Part shown: piece by piece, positions 54,531 through 64,000 of the stretch
How the letters are laid out: each line of letters opens with the position of its first letter
How positions within the stretch are numbered: position 1 is the first letter of the stretch
Made by a program: the position numbers and the translations under genes
Assembly (NCBI GenBank): GCA_964482725.1
Contig: CAYZYT010000008.1
Coordinates: 3,255-67,254, forward strand
DNA from: an uncultured bacterium
GTDB taxonomy: Bacteria; Omnitrophota; Omnitrophia; Omnitrophales; Aquincolibacteriaceae
Direction of reading: 5' to 3'
Length of the DNA stretch: 64,000 bases
Notes under the pieces: model-generated
Told to the model about the DNA's origin: nothing
The model's database searches: none
The model's input: only the letters and a program-made list of their open reading frames with translations

Positions 54531-56999
54531 ATGTTCGATCGTTTTACGGAAAGAGCTCGCAAAGTCATTATTCTTGCCAAGGAAGAAGCCAAGCGATTCA
54601 ATCACGATTACATCGGGACGGAGCATATTTTGCTCGGGCTTATCAAAGAAGGGGAAAGTGTCGCGGCGGCCGTGCTTCAGAACCTCGGCCTGTCGCTGGA
54701 TACGATCCGCCTGGAAGTCGAGAAGCTTGTCCAGTTCGGGCCGAGCACCGTAGTCTCCGGAGACATCCCGTTCACACCCAAAGCCAAGAAAGTGATCGAG
54801 CTTGCAATGGATGAAGCGCGCCGTCTCGGGCATAACTATATCGGGACGGAACATTTGCTTTTGGGGCTCATTAAGGAAGGCGAAGGCGTGGCAAGCCATG
54901 TGCTCATGAACGTGGGCCTTGATCTCAATAAGGTGCGCTCTGAGGTGATCAAACTTTTGGGTTCTACGACGCCGAATACGGAACCTGGCGCTCCGTCATC
55001 GCCCACGATGGGCGGTCCCGGAGGTGGAGTCGGTGGGAAGTCGAAGACAAAAACACCGGCGCTGGATGCGTTCGGGCGCGATCTTTCGCAGCTTGCGCGT
55101 GATGGAAAGCTGGACCCGGTCGTCGGACGGGCGGATGAGATCCAGCGCGTGATCCAGATCCTTGCACGCCGCACGAAGAATAACCCTGTCCTTTTGGGAG
55201 AAGCGGGAGTGGGAAAGACTGCGATCGTGGAAGGTCTTGCTCAGATGATCATCGCCGGGGATGTGCCGGAGATCCTGGCGGACAAGCGCATCGTGGTGCT
55301 TGATCTGGCGCTCATGGTGGCGGGAACGAAATACCGCGGCCAATTTGAAGAGCGTATCAAAGCCGTGATGGACGAGATCCGTCGCACGGAAAATGTCATG
55401 ATCTTCATTGATGAGTTGCATACTTTGGTCGGTGCCGGGGGTGCGGAAGGAGCGATCGATGCGTCGAATATCCTGAAGCCGTCTCTGTCTCGCGGCGAGA
55501 TCCAGTGTATCGGAGCCACGACGCTTGACGAATACCGCAAATACATCGAAAAAGACGCGGCGCTCGCCCGTCGTTTTCAAACCGTGGTTGTGGAACCTCC
55601 GTCCGTGGACGATACGATCCAGATCCTGAAAGGATTGCGCGACAAATACGAGGCCCATCACCGGGTGAAGATCCTGGACGAGGCTCTTGAGGCTGCGGCC
55701 AAACTTTCCGATCGTTACATCTCGGGACGGTTTCTCCCGGACAAAGCGATCGATATCATCGATGAGGCGGCTTCTCGCGCGAGGTTATCGGTGACGACCA
55801 TGCCCAAGGATCTGAAGAAGGTTGAGACCGAGATCGAGTCCCTTCGTCGTGAGAAAGAGTCTTCGATCAAGGCCCAGGATTTCGAGAAGGCCGCGAAGAT
55901 GCGCGATGACGAGCGTAAGGCCAAAGAAGAACTCCAAAAAATGAAAAAGAGCTGGAAAGAATCCAAGTCCGAGGTCGAGGTTCAGGTGACGGAGGAGGAT
56001 ATCGCGTTTGTGGTCTCCAAATGGACCGGCGTGCCGCTTGCGCGTCTCGAAGAAAAAGAGACGGCGAGACTTCTTAAGATGGAAGAATCCCTTCATAAAA
56101 GGATCATTGGCCAGGACGAGGCGATCCGCGCGATCTCTCACGCGGTGCGCCGTTCCCGTTCCGGTCTCCGAAACCCGCGTCGTCCGATAGGTTCTTTCAT
56201 CTTTTTGGGACCCACCGGGGTTGGGAAAACGCTTCTTGCTCGTGCGCTTGCAGATTTCATGTTCGGCAATGAGGATTCCGTGATCGTGGTGGATTGCTCC
56301 GAGTATGGCGAGAAATTCAACGTTTCCCGTCTTGTGGGGGCGCCTCCGGGCTACGTGGGCTATGAGGAAGGCGGGCAGCTTACCGAGAAAGTACGCCGTC
56401 GTCCGTATTCTGTGGTGCTCTTGGATGAGATCGAAAAAGCGCATCCGGATGTCTTCAATATCCTCCTCCAACTTATGGAAGAGGGGCGTTTGACGGATTC
56501 TTTCGGACGCAAGGTGGATTTCCGCAACACGGTCGTGATCATGACTTCCAATGTCGGAGCGGATCTTGTCCGGAAGCAAGGCGATCTTGGCTTTGCACCT
56601 AAAAAAGACGAGATGAATTATGAGGGGCTGAAGCAGAAACTCCTGGATGAAACGAAAAGAGTTTTCCGTCCTGAATTTTTGAATCGGGTTGATGACACCA
56701 TCGTCTTCCATCCGCTGACGCGCCAGGACCTGGAGCAGATCATCCACATTGAGCTGAAGGAAGTGCACGACCGCCTCAAAGACAAGAAGATTGAGCTGAT
56801 CCTTTCGGAGGAGGTCCTGAAGTTCCTGATCGACCAGGGGTATGATCCTGTTTTTGGTGCCCGGCCGCTCAAGCGGACGATCCAGCGTTATATCGAGAAT
56901 GTCCTGGCCGAAGAGATCCTTGAGGGGAAGTTTTTGGAAGGGGACAAGATCAGGGCGGAGATCCGGGGGGAACGGATCTCTTTTGAAAAAGCGACCTAG
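54531..56999 (+). CDS. clpC: ATP-dependent Clp protease ATP-binding subunit ClpC
   Basis: Two Clp_N repeats, two AAA+ modules ([17 protein letters not shown]), a UVR-like linker, and ClpB/C C-terminal signatures. Confidence 0.95.
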   Translation: MFDRFTERARKVIILAKEEAKRFNHDYIGTEHILLGLIKEGESVAAAVLQNLGLSLDTIRLEVEKLVQFGPSTVVSGDIPFTPKAKKVIELAMDEARRLGHNYIGTEHLLLGLIKEGEGVASHVLMNVGLDLNKVRSEVIKLLGSTTPNTEPGAPSSPTMGGPGGGVGGKSKTKTPALDAFGRDLSQLARDGKLDPVVGRADEIQRVIQILARRTKNNPVLLGEAGVGKTAIVEGLAQMIIAGDVPEILADKRIVVLDLALMVAGTKYRGQFEERIKAVMDEIRRTENVMIFIDELHTLVGAGGAEGAIDASNILKPSLSRGEIQCIGATTLDEYRKYIEKDAALARRFQTVVVEPPSVDDTIQILKGLRDKYEAHHRVKILDEALEAAAKLSDRYISGRFLPDKAIDIIDEAASRARLSVTTMPKDLKKVETEIESLRREKESSIKAQDFEKAAKMRDDERKAKEELQKMKKSWKESKSEVEVQVTEEDIAFVVSKWTGVPLARLEEKETARLLKMEESLHKRIIGQDEAIRAISHAVRRSRSGLRNPRRPIGSFIFLGPTGVGKTLLARALADFMFGNEDSVIVVDCSEYGEKFNVSRLVGAPPGYVGYEEGGQLTEKVRRRPYSVVLLDEIEKAHPDVFNILLQLMEEGRLTDSFGRKVDFRNTVVIMTSNVGADLVRKQGDLGFAPKKDEMNYEGLKQKLLDETKRVFRPEFLNRVDDTIVFHPLTRQDLEQIIHIELKEVHDRLKDKKIELILSEEVLKFLIDQGYDPVFGARPLKRTIQRYIENVLAEEILEGKFLEGDKIRAEIRGERISFEKAT

Positions 57000-57017
57000 C
57001 GCGAGAGACCCGCGCGC

Positions 57018-58943
57018 ATGCGCCCTTTTCTAAAGGCCGTTCTTTTTTTTATTGCGATCACGTTGGGGGTCGGCGCTCTCCTTTTTAATTTCCTGCTGAA
57101 CCGTATCGCACATTCCGAGGATTTTAAGCGCTTTGCCGAGCAAAAGGTCGGCGAATATCTTAAGGCCACGGTCCATATCGGTGAGATACGGCCTTACCAT
57201 TTGAACCAGCTTGCCCTAGAAAAGATCCTTATTGAAACCCCTTCCTCAGAGGGGGGCTCTCAATTGATCCGTGCCGACCGCCTTCTTTTCCGCTACGACC
57301 TGGAGCAGCTCTGGAACCGGAAGTTCAATGCTCCTGCCGGTGTGGTGTTAAAGAATCCCGCGATCCTGATCGAACAGGATCAATTTCCTTATCGATATTT
57401 TGCGAATACTTCCGGGGGATCGGCCGGTCTTTCGATGCCATCCCTCGATTTCAAGGGAGGCGAGATCCGTTATCTCCTGTCGTCGCTCGGGAAGGAAGTC
57501 CTGCTCAAAGACGTGGAGGGCAAGATCCAGCCGTCGGTTGATAAAAAAGTCCTGGTGGATGTGCGCGCTCGCGCGACCGGGATCGTGGACGGTCGTGTCC
57601 ATATCTATGGCACGGTGGATCCTTCCAAAAGCACGCATGATCTTTGGCTCGAATTGGATTCCATGAATCTCTCACAGGATATCCCTCTGCCGTTCAAAGC
57701 GCTGGAGGGAAAGGTCCATTGGGTAGGAAGCGATCTTTTTTTTGAAGGGATCCAGGGGATTTTGTATGGATGGCAAGCCGAACTCTCCGGTTCTTTTTTG
57801 AATCGTGAGGGGCAGCCGGAGGTCAACGCGCATGTTCAAATCGGGAAGGGTCCCCCCGGCATGAAACTGGATTTTGCGTTGAGCCTTCCGCACCAGACGC
57901 TCGAGGGAGCTTTTCAGCTCATGGAGGGTCGGGTTTTTGATTTTCGCGGAAAAGTCCATCAGGATCGGAAGCGTTTCGTGATGGATTCTCTGGCTCTGTC
58001 TTCAGGACATCAGGGGCGCGGAGAATTTGATTTTGCCAGCGGAAATTATGAACTTAGTTTTGAAAAAGGCTCGAAACGGATGGCGATTCACTCCAATCTC
58101 CGGGGGCTGGACTTTGTGCTGAATTTTCATCTGGATCACGTGAAAGCTTTTGGAATGGATCTCGTGACGCAGGGGAAACTTTTTCTTCATTCTGTCTCGC
58201 CTCGTTGGAAAGGCCGCGATCTTTTCTTTAAGGGGGAATTTGAGACGGATTATTTTATTTTGGACCGCCAGCCGTTCGAGGACTTGAAAGGGGTTTTCGA
58301 ATTAAGCCCTGCGGGGATCACGGGGATCCGGAGCGCGTGGGGGAATAAATTCCAAATGACGGGACAAGCGACACGGCCCGGGAAAAACCCGCATTTAAAA
58401 CTTCTACTCCGCGTGGCGGACTTTGATCTTGCAACGGTGCACCAGTTCGCGGCAAGACCTTTGCCTAAGGCGCTCGGGGGGCGCCTCGAGGGGACGCTTT
58501 CCGTGGAGGGGGATTTCTCCAAGCCCGAGGTCTCGGGGGTTTTCAATATTCATGACGGAAAATGGGGGCAACTTGATTACGACCGTGGTATCATTCAACT
58601 TCGTGGATTTCTTCCATATCTGCCGTTAAAGGATTCCAAGATCTGGAAAGGCCGGACGGTTTTTTCCTTGAACGGGGCTCTGGATCTGAAGCTGGACAAT
58701 ATATTCGCAGGAATAAAAATACAGACCCCGGACAATTTGGTGATCTGGAAGGGTGTCGAAGCGATCCTCCATGAAAAGGACGGTAGCCTGGAGCTGAACA
58801 CCTCAAAGCTCGGCCAGTGGGGAGAATTTTCGGTATTGGAAGCGAAATCGCCTGAGACGATGAGGGGACAGAGGGCGCTCGAGGTTCCAGATGACGAAGA
58901 AGATGAAACAACGGTTAAGTTCGGTCCCAAGTTGAAGTTCTGA
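57018..58943 (+). CDS. AsmA/TamB-like membrane-anchored envelope protein (tentative)
   Basis: N-terminal TM anchor and a long beta-rich periplasmic region. Positioned immediately upstream of mlaEFD. Confidence 0.45.
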   Translation: MRPFLKAVLFFIAITLGVGALLFNFLLNRIAHSEDFKRFAEQKVGEYLKATVHIGEIRPYHLNQLALEKILIETPSSEGGSQLIRADRLLFRYDLEQLWNRKFNAPAGVVLKNPAILIEQDQFPYRYFANTSGGSAGLSMPSLDFKGGEIRYLLSSLGKEVLLKDVEGKIQPSVDKKVLVDVRARATGIVDGRVHIYGTVDPSKSTHDLWLELDSMNLSQDIPLPFKALEGKVHWVGSDLFFEGIQGILYGWQAELSGSFLNREGQPEVNAHVQIGKGPPGMKLDFALSLPHQTLEGAFQLMEGRVFDFRGKVHQDRKRFVMDSLALSSGHQGRGEFDFASGNYELSFEKGSKRMAIHSNLRGLDFVLNFHLDHVKAFGMDLVTQGKLFLHSVSPRWKGRDLFFKGEFETDYFILDRQPFEDLKGVFELSPAGITGIRSAWGNKFQMTGQATRPGKNPHLKLLLRVADFDLATVHQFAARPLPKALGGRLEGTLSVEGDFSKPEVSGVFNIHDGKWGQLDYDRGIIQLRGFLPYLPLKDSKIWKGRTVFSLNGALDLKLDNIFAGIKIQTPDNLVIWKGVEAILHEKDGSLELNTSKLGQWGEFSVLEAKSPETMRGQRALEVPDDEEDETTVKFGPKLKF

Positions 58944-58964
58944 TGGTTTGCGAAGGGGAGATTT

Positions 58965-59777
58965 ATGTCGGATTGGAATGATCTGAAACGGACTGTGTCG
59001 GTGCGGTCATGGCTGAAAGATTTCGGGACCGGTTGCCTGGACATCTTTCAAGGCGCTGGCGGCATTGCGCTTCTTTTTAGGGACGCCTGTGTTTTATTGA
59101 CCTCCAAAAAGATCCGTTGGAAGGCGACGCTCGACCAGATGAATAAGATCGGCGTCCAGTCGCTCCCCCTGGTTTTCCTTACGGCGTTCTTTACGGGCAT
59201 GGTCCTGGCCTTACAATCGGCTTATCAGTTAAAACTTTTTTCTGCGGAGAAATTTACGGCCGATCTGATCTCGGTTTCGCTTTGCCGTGAGCTCGGCCCG
59301 GTGCTGACGGCTATGGTGGTGGCGGGTCGGGTGGGGGCTTCCATTGCTGCGGAGCTTGGGACTATGAAGGTGACCGAGCAGATTGATGCTCTGAAGTCGC
59401 TTGCCATGAATCCTGTTCAATATCTTGTGGTTCCGAGGTTTATCGCGGCGTTGTTTATGCTTTTTTTGCTGACGATCTATGCGGATGTGATCGGAATGTT
59501 CGGGGGGTATCTGATCTCTGTTTTCAAGCTTGGGATGAGTTCTCATATGTACATCAAACGAGGGATCGATGCGTTGGTGGTCAAGGATGTCGTGACCGGT
59601 CTCATCAAGGCTTTTTTCTTTGGGGGGATCATTTCGGTCGTGGGATGTTATTTCGGGTTTACGGCTCGCGGAGGAGCCGAAGGCGTGGGGCGAGCCACCA
59701 CGCTCGCGGTCGTGGTTTCTCTTATCATGGTCATTGCTTCAGACGCTCTTTTTTCTGCGATCTTTTATTTTTTCTAA
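58965..59777 (+). CDS. mlaE: phospholipid ABC transporter permease MlaE
   Basis: MlaE-family multi-TM pattern. Confidence 0.8.
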   Translation: MSDWNDLKRTVSVRSWLKDFGTGCLDIFQGAGGIALLFRDACVLLTSKKIRWKATLDQMNKIGVQSLPLVFLTAFFTGMVLALQSAYQLKLFSAEKFTADLISVSLCRELGPVLTAMVVAGRVGASIAAELGTMKVTEQIDALKSLAMNPVQYLVVPRFIAALFMLFLLTIYADVIGMFGGYLISVFKLGMSSHMYIKRGIDALVVKDVVTGLIKAFFFGGIISVVGCYFGFTARGGAEGVGRATTLAVVVSLIMVIASDALFSAIFYFF

Positions 59778-59795
59778 ACGAAAGAACGGTACTTT

Positions 59796-60566
59796 GTGAT
59801 CAAGATCCAAGGCATTCACAAGTGGTTCGGACCGCATCATGTCTTGCGGGGGGTCGACCTGACCATCAAGGAAGGGGAGACGATCGTGATCATCGGTCGT
59901 TCGGGATGCGGGAAGAGCGTCCTTTTGAAACATATTATGGCGATTCTGGAGCCTGATGAAGGGGATATCCAGATCGACGGACGCTCCATGTTCTCCATGC
60001 TTCCGGACGAGCAGGATCAGTGCCGGTTGCAACTCGGGATGCTTTTTCAGGGGGCGGCTCTTTTTGATTCTCTGACGGTCCTGGAGAATGTCGGCTTTTC
60101 GCTTTTTGAACACACCCGTCTTACCGAAGAAGTGATCAGTCAAAAAGTTTTTGAGAAACTGCGCATGGTGGGGCTCGAAGGGATCGAGGATCTGATGCCG
60201 GCCAGCCTTTCAGGGGGCATGAAAAAAAGAGTGGGTTTGGCGCGGGCGATTTGCAATGAGCCGAAGATCATTCTTTACGATGAACCCACGACGGGCCTTG
60301 ATCCGATCAACGCGGATGTTATTAACGAGCTTATCTTGAGAATGCAGAAGCAACTCAAAGTGGTTTCGATCGTGGTGACCCACGACATGACAAGCGCGTA
60401 CAAAGTGGCGGACCGGATCGCCATGCTTTACGAAGGGCGGATCATTGGTATCGGAACACCCGAGGAGATCAGGAATTCCCCCGATCCGGTCATTCAGCAA
60501 TTCATTACCGGATCGGCGCGGGGCCCGATCACGGATAAGCAGCAAAAGGAGACGGAGTCATTATGA
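59796..60566 (+). CDS. mlaF: phospholipid ABC transporter ATP-binding protein MlaF
   Basis: Walker A GRSGCGKS, signature LSGGMKKRVGLARA, and Walker B ILYDEPTTGLD. Confidence 0.85.
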   Translation: MIKIQGIHKWFGPHHVLRGVDLTIKEGETIVIIGRSGCGKSVLLKHIMAILEPDEGDIQIDGRSMFSMLPDEQDQCRLQLGMLFQGAALFDSLTVLENVGFSLFEHTRLTEEVISQKVFEKLRMVGLEGIEDLMPASLSGGMKKRVGLARAICNEPKIILYDEPTTGLDPINADVINELILRMQKQLKVVSIVVTHDMTSAYKVADRIAMLYEGRIIGIGTPEEIRNSPDPVIQQFITGSARGPITDKQQKETESL

Positions 60567-61294
60567 AAAAGAAAAGTAATGAAGTTTCGGTGGGGGTTTT
60601 TGTAATCGTCGGATTCATCTTTTTGACGTTGGTGCTTTTTTTTGTCAGCGGGGTTTATTTGTTCCGTTCGGGATATGCCGTCGATGTGATGTTTAACTAT
60701 GTCAGCATTCTCAACAAGGGGGCGCCGGTACGTATGGCGGGGGTCCGGATCGGGGAAGTAAGCCAAGTGGACATTGTTTATGACGAAGTGAAGCAGAACA
60801 ATCGCGTGAAGGTCAAACTTTTCATTGAAAAGGGTGCGGAAATCAGAGAAAATTACGATTTCACGATACGGGGAACCCATGTTTTGAGCGAACCCCATGT
60901 GGAGATCTCGCCGAAACCCGGGACTTTTCCTCTGCTCCATAAAGGTGCCTTGGTGGAAGGCGTGCCTTTGGTTGCGGTGGAAGAACTGATCGACCGGGCC
61001 CATGAGGTCCTGAACAATCTTTCGTCTCTGACCGGTGAGTTGAATACTTCTTTCAAGACTTCGGACGGAGATTTGCATCAAAGTCTCAAGAATATCGAGG
61101 CCTCAAGCGCTTCCTTGAGCAATATTCTTGGGAAAGTCGAAAAAGGGGACGGGACGCTCGGAAAGCTTTTGGTGGAGGACGACCTTTACGAGGAGATGAA
61201 TGCGTTCGCGAAGGATGTCCGGGAGCATCCCTGGAAGCTTATCCGTAAGAGTTCTCAACATAAGAGGAAGTGGTACTTTCTCTATCTAGCATAA
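60563..61294 (+). CDS. mlaD: MCE-domain periplasmic protein MlaD
   Basis: N-terminal TM followed by an MCE domain. Start overlaps the mlaF stop. Confidence 0.8.
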   Translation: MKKKSNEVSVGVFVIVGFIFLTLVLFFVSGVYLFRSGYAVDVMFNYVSILNKGAPVRMAGVRIGEVSQVDIVYDEVKQNNRVKVKLFIEKGAEIRENYDFTIRGTHVLSEPHVEISPKPGTFPLLHKGALVEGVPLVAVEELIDRAHEVLNNLSSLTGELNTSFKTSDGDLHQSLKNIEASSASLSNILGKVEKGDGTLGKLLVEDDLYEEMNAFAKDVREHPWKLIRKSSQHKRKWYFLYLA

Positions 61295-61366
61295 CTGATT
61301 CATAAAAACCAGCGAAGGCTGTCCTTCCTTGGATTAACTTTTCATACCAGTATTACCAAAGGAGCT

Positions 61367-62536
61367 TTGATCATGATAATTTTTATACGGTTTCTTTTTC
61401 TTCTCGGGTGCGCCGCATTTGGCTACTTCGCTCCATTTCAGTCTCTGGTGGAACTTCCCATTGCGCACAGCGATTGGATCTCTGCCGTGGTCTGGGTTTT
61501 GGGAGGTGCGGTCATCATTCTGCTCGACATCTTTTTCAAGCAGCACACGGTTCGGAACATTCTCGCAGTGATCCTCGGATTGGCACTGGGACTTGTGACC
61601 CACAAGCTTTTTATGACGGTGGTGGGCTACGCACATTTTTCCGCGGATTTGAGTAATAAATTCGGCGTTCTCACGGCGATCATTTTTTCCTACCTTGGCA
61701 TCATTACGATCCTTCGAGGACAAGACGAATTCAGTTTGATGATCCCGTTCGTGCATCTGGATTCCAAAGGTCCGGGTGAGGAAATGATCCTTTTGGATAC
61801 AAGTGTGATCATTGATGGCCGCATCGCAGATATCGCTAATACGCATTTCCTCTCCAGTAAGCTGATCCTTCCGCGCTTTGTTTTAAAGGAGCTGCAGTTG
61901 ATCGCCGATTCGTCGGATCCGCTGAAGCGTGCTCGCGGACGTCGCGGCCTTGATGTCCTGAACGCGATCCAGTCCAATCCGAATATCACGGTCAAGATCC
62001 ATGAGCTGGATTTTCCGGAATTCAACACCGTAGATGCGAAGCTGGTCAAAATGGGCCAGGTGCTTCAGGCCAAGGTTTTTACGAATGATTACAACCTGAA
62101 TAAGGTTGCCGAATTGCAGGGAGTGAAAGTTCTTAATATCAATGATCTCGCGAATGCTCTCAAACCCGTTGTCATGCCGGGGGAAGAGATGGAGATCAAG
62201 ATCCTCAAAGAAGGCAAGGAGCATGAGCAAGGCGTGGCGTATCTCGACGACGGGACGATGGTTGTCGTGGATAACGGCAAACGACGTTTGGGCCATTCGG
62301 TGAAGGTCACGATCACCAGCGTGCTTCAGACCCAGGCCGGGCGCATGATCTTTGCAAAACTTTCTGATGATAATGGTCACCATCCGGATCGCGGTGCAGA
62401 GCGCTGGCGTGATAGCCGGGGTGGTCAAGGAGCTGATGCCCGCCGTCCGAGGAACGGGCATGACCGGCCGATCCATCAGGCTTATCAGAATCCACCGAAC
62501 CCGCATAGCTCCCAGATGCACGAGGGAGGGAGATAG
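61367..62536 (+). CDS. yacL: membrane-anchored PIN plus TRAM domain protein (YacL-like)
   Basis: Four N-terminal TMs, a PIN domain ([12 protein letters not shown]...FVLKELQ) and a TRAM domain ([23 protein letters not shown]). Sits upstream of ispDF as in Bacillus. Confidence 0.75.
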   Translation: MIMIIFIRFLFLLGCAAFGYFAPFQSLVELPIAHSDWISAVVWVLGGAVIILLDIFFKQHTVRNILAVILGLALGLVTHKLFMTVVGYAHFSADLSNKFGVLTAIIFSYLGIITILRGQDEFSLMIPFVHLDSKGPGEEMILLDTSVIIDGRIADIANTHFLSSKLILPRFVLKELQLIADSSDPLKRARGRRGLDVLNAIQSNPNITVKIHELDFPEFNTVDAKLVKMGQVLQAKVFTNDYNLNKVAELQGVKVLNINDLANALKPVVMPGEEMEIKILKEGKEHEQGVAYLDDGTMVVVDNGKRRLGHSVKVTITSVLQTQAGRMIFAKLSDDNGHHPDRGAERWRDSRGGQGADARRPRNGHDRPIHQAYQNPPNPHSSQMHEGGR

Positions 62537-62559
62537 GGCCTGCCCCGCTAGAAATTCCA

Positions 62560-63804
62560 ATGCGAGTCTCCCTCATCATTCCAGCCGCCGGGCTCGGTAG
62601 CCGTTTTCAACAAAGCCTGATTCGTTCTGACAAGGCGGTCGCACTGGGCCGTCTTGGGAACCCGGCGAGCCACGCCGGATTACACGTGGGCCATTCCAAG
62701 CTTTTCTATCAGCTGAATGGAGAGCCTGTGCTTCTCAGGACACTGCGGGCGTTCAACGAGATTCCCGAGATCTGTGAGACGATCGTCGCTCTCAGTCCTG
62801 AAATGCGGCCGGAAGTCAAGGGGTGGAAGTGCTTACTCAAAGGATCGAAGGTCCGCTGGATTTTAGGCGGCATGACCCGTGCCGAGTCGGTATGGAACGC
62901 ACTAAAAAAAACTTCCCCGCGCTCCGACTGGATTATGGTGCATGACGGTGCGAGGCCGCTTGTTACGTCTCAGGCGGTTCGACAGGTTCTGAAAGCCAGT
63001 CAAGGTTGGGATGGCGTGATCCTGGCCCGTAAAGTGGTGCCGACCATCAAGCGTGTGTTAACGGGGGATGGGCATGTTCGTGAGACTGTGGATCGCAGCT
63101 CTCTTTATGAGGCCGAGACGCCGCAGCTTGTGAGGCGTGAGGTGCTTTTAAAGGCCTATCGGCAGAATCCCAAAGCGTTTGAGGCGACCGACGAAGCCGG
63201 TCTTTTGGAAGCGATCGGCGCTCGCGTGCGCGTGGTGTCACACGAGGGTTGGAACCCGAAACTCACCATCATGACAGATCTGAATCTTGCTAAAGCTATG
63301 ACGGAAAAGAACAGCGCTCCCGAAACGCGTGTGGGCATCGGCTTTGACACGCACCGGCTGGTCAAGGATCGTAAACTCTATCTCGGCGGCATCGTGATCC
63401 CCTCACCGAAGGGCTCTCTCGGGCACTCCGATGGGGATGCCCTCCTGCATGCCATTACGGATGCGATCCTGGGGGCGATCGGGGCTGGGGATATCGGCGA
63501 ATGGTTTTCGGATCGCGATCCAAAATTTAAAAATATCCGCAGCCCAAAGATCCTTGGGGCCATTCTCTCTGAAGCGAAGCGGCAAGGTTGGCAACCTTAT
63601 CACGCGGATACGAACATTATTCTGGAATCCCCGAAGCTCTACGCTTATAAAGCCAAGATCCGCAAGAGTGTCGCAAAATGTCTCGAACTTCCTGAAAAGG
63701 ACGTTTCCATCAAGGCTCGCACCCGGGAAGGGCTTGGCCCTGAAGGCGAAGGTCTGGCCGTGACCTGCCAGGCTGTGGTCAGTATGAGAAAAGTGAATTT
63801 GTGA
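62560..63804 (+). CDS. ispDF: bifunctional MEP cytidylyltransferase / MEcPP synthase IspDF
   Basis: IspD N-terminal half ([11 protein letters not shown]) and IspF C-terminal half (GIGFDTHRL...[18 protein letters not shown]). Confidence 0.9.
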   Translation: MRVSLIIPAAGLGSRFQQSLIRSDKAVALGRLGNPASHAGLHVGHSKLFYQLNGEPVLLRTLRAFNEIPEICETIVALSPEMRPEVKGWKCLLKGSKVRWILGGMTRAESVWNALKKTSPRSDWIMVHDGARPLVTSQAVRQVLKASQGWDGVILARKVVPTIKRVLTGDGHVRETVDRSSLYEAETPQLVRREVLLKAYRQNPKAFEATDEAGLLEAIGARVRVVSHEGWNPKLTIMTDLNLAKAMTEKNSAPETRVGIGFDTHRLVKDRKLYLGGIVIPSPKGSLGHSDGDALLHAITDAILGAIGAGDIGEWFSDRDPKFKNIRSPKILGAILSEAKRQGWQPYHADTNIILESPKLYAYKAKIRKSVAKCLELPEKDVSIKARTREGLGPEGEGLAVTCQAVVSMRKVNL

Positions 63805-64000
63805 TCCAATTCCATAACACCCTTTCGGGAAAACTCGAAGAATTCAAACCCCTTAACGCCGGCGACGTGACGTTCTACGCCTGCGGTCCTACGGTCTATC
63901 ATTACGCTCATATCGGCAATTTCAGGACCTTTGTGTTCGAGGATCTCTTGCGCAGGTTCCTGGAGTACAAAGGTTTCAAGGTCCGGCACGTGATGAATAT
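63801..64000 (+). CDS. cysS: cysteinyl-tRNA synthetase, 5' portion (continues beyond window)
   Basis: GTG start overlapping the ispDF stop (GTGA). Translation [46 protein letters not shown] shows the class I HIGH motif (HIGN). Confidence 0.8.
   Translation, partial: MIQFHNTLSGKLEEFKPLNAGDVTFYACGPTVYHYAHIGNFRTFVFEDLLRRFLEYKGFKVRHVMN

Overview
This 64 kb window is gene-dense bacterial chromosomal DNA, roughly 55-60% GC by eye. The host is clearly a diderm: the window carries Lnt, LolCDE, MlaEFD, an AsmA-like protein and a beta-barrel OMP. It also shows Firmicutes-like synteny at its right end, mcsA-mcsB-[DUF4139-like]-clpC followed by yacL-ispDF-cysS.

Core genes I can call:
- Translation and tRNA: prfB with its programmed +1 frameshift (CUU UGA C), lysS, cysS (5' part), and a tRNA-His with an encoded G-1.
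- Central metabolism: metH, a GTP-dependent PEP carboxykinase, an acylating aldehyde dehydrogenase, ilvE and a bifunctional ispDF.
- Secretion, protein turnover and envelope: secA, the mcsA-mcsB-clpC stress module, lolE and lolD, an SPFH lipoprotein, and the envelope-biogenesis genes named above.

Seven less ordinary features stand out:
1. The left 5.8 kb is a single ORF of at least 1933 aa whose 5' end runs past the window edge. It has an N-terminal metallo-beta-lactamase fold and an internal LuxR/sigma70-region-4-like HTH, and I cannot assign a function.
2. An apparent operon encodes a beta-carbonic-anhydrase-like protein, an alpha-oxoamine synthase most similar to serine palmitoyltransferase, and a membrane-tailed SDR. 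This is a candidate bacterial sphingoid-base module.
3. A partner-switching module has two STAS antagonists and an NMT1-like periplasmic binding protein. Its fourth gene is one 787-aa polypeptide that fuses a periplasmic sensor, a HAMP domain, a PP2C (RsbU/SpoIIE) phosphatase and an RsbW-type serine kinase.
4. A dedicated type II FAS/PKS-like lipid cluster spans about 33.5-42.5 kb. It has a FabL-type enoyl reductase, a SAM methyltransferase, two hotdog dehydratases, a long ACP and an AcpS-type PPTase. Its chain-length-factor-like KS has all three catalytic residues replaced (Cys to Ser, His to Asn, His to Asn), and it sits beside an intact KS, a stand-alone thioester reductase and a membrane GT2. 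The gene content resembles aryl-polyene clusters, but the enoyl reductase and the reductive release step differ.
5. The tRNA-His locus is flanked by a 38-bp direct repeat of the tRNA 3' part about 3.1 kb away. The bracketed segment carries a histidine kinase/response regulator pair that is a paralog of a second pair at 43.0-46.5 kb. It also carries three near-identical 118-nt elements, each made of the tRNA 3'-terminal 19 nt fused to a GC-rich hairpin, and each followed by a terminator. An excisionase-like HTH gene and iteron-like GCGCAACG repeats lie on the tRNA's other side.
6. A roughly 90-110 nt motif occurs twice, immediately upstream of lolE and of mcsA. Its outer helix shows compensatory base changes between the copies, which suggests a structured cis-regulatory RNA. 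I could not match it to a known riboswitch from memory.
7. Several intergenic repeat families are present: a GCGGTCCCAATACC-plus-hairpin element (four copies), GGAGG-rich palindromes flanking the SPFH gene, and AGAAGCAAAGA palindromes flanking lnt.

A truncated REC-GGDEF pseudogene abuts the second histidine kinase. No CRISPR array, cas genes, restriction-modification system or transposase were seen.
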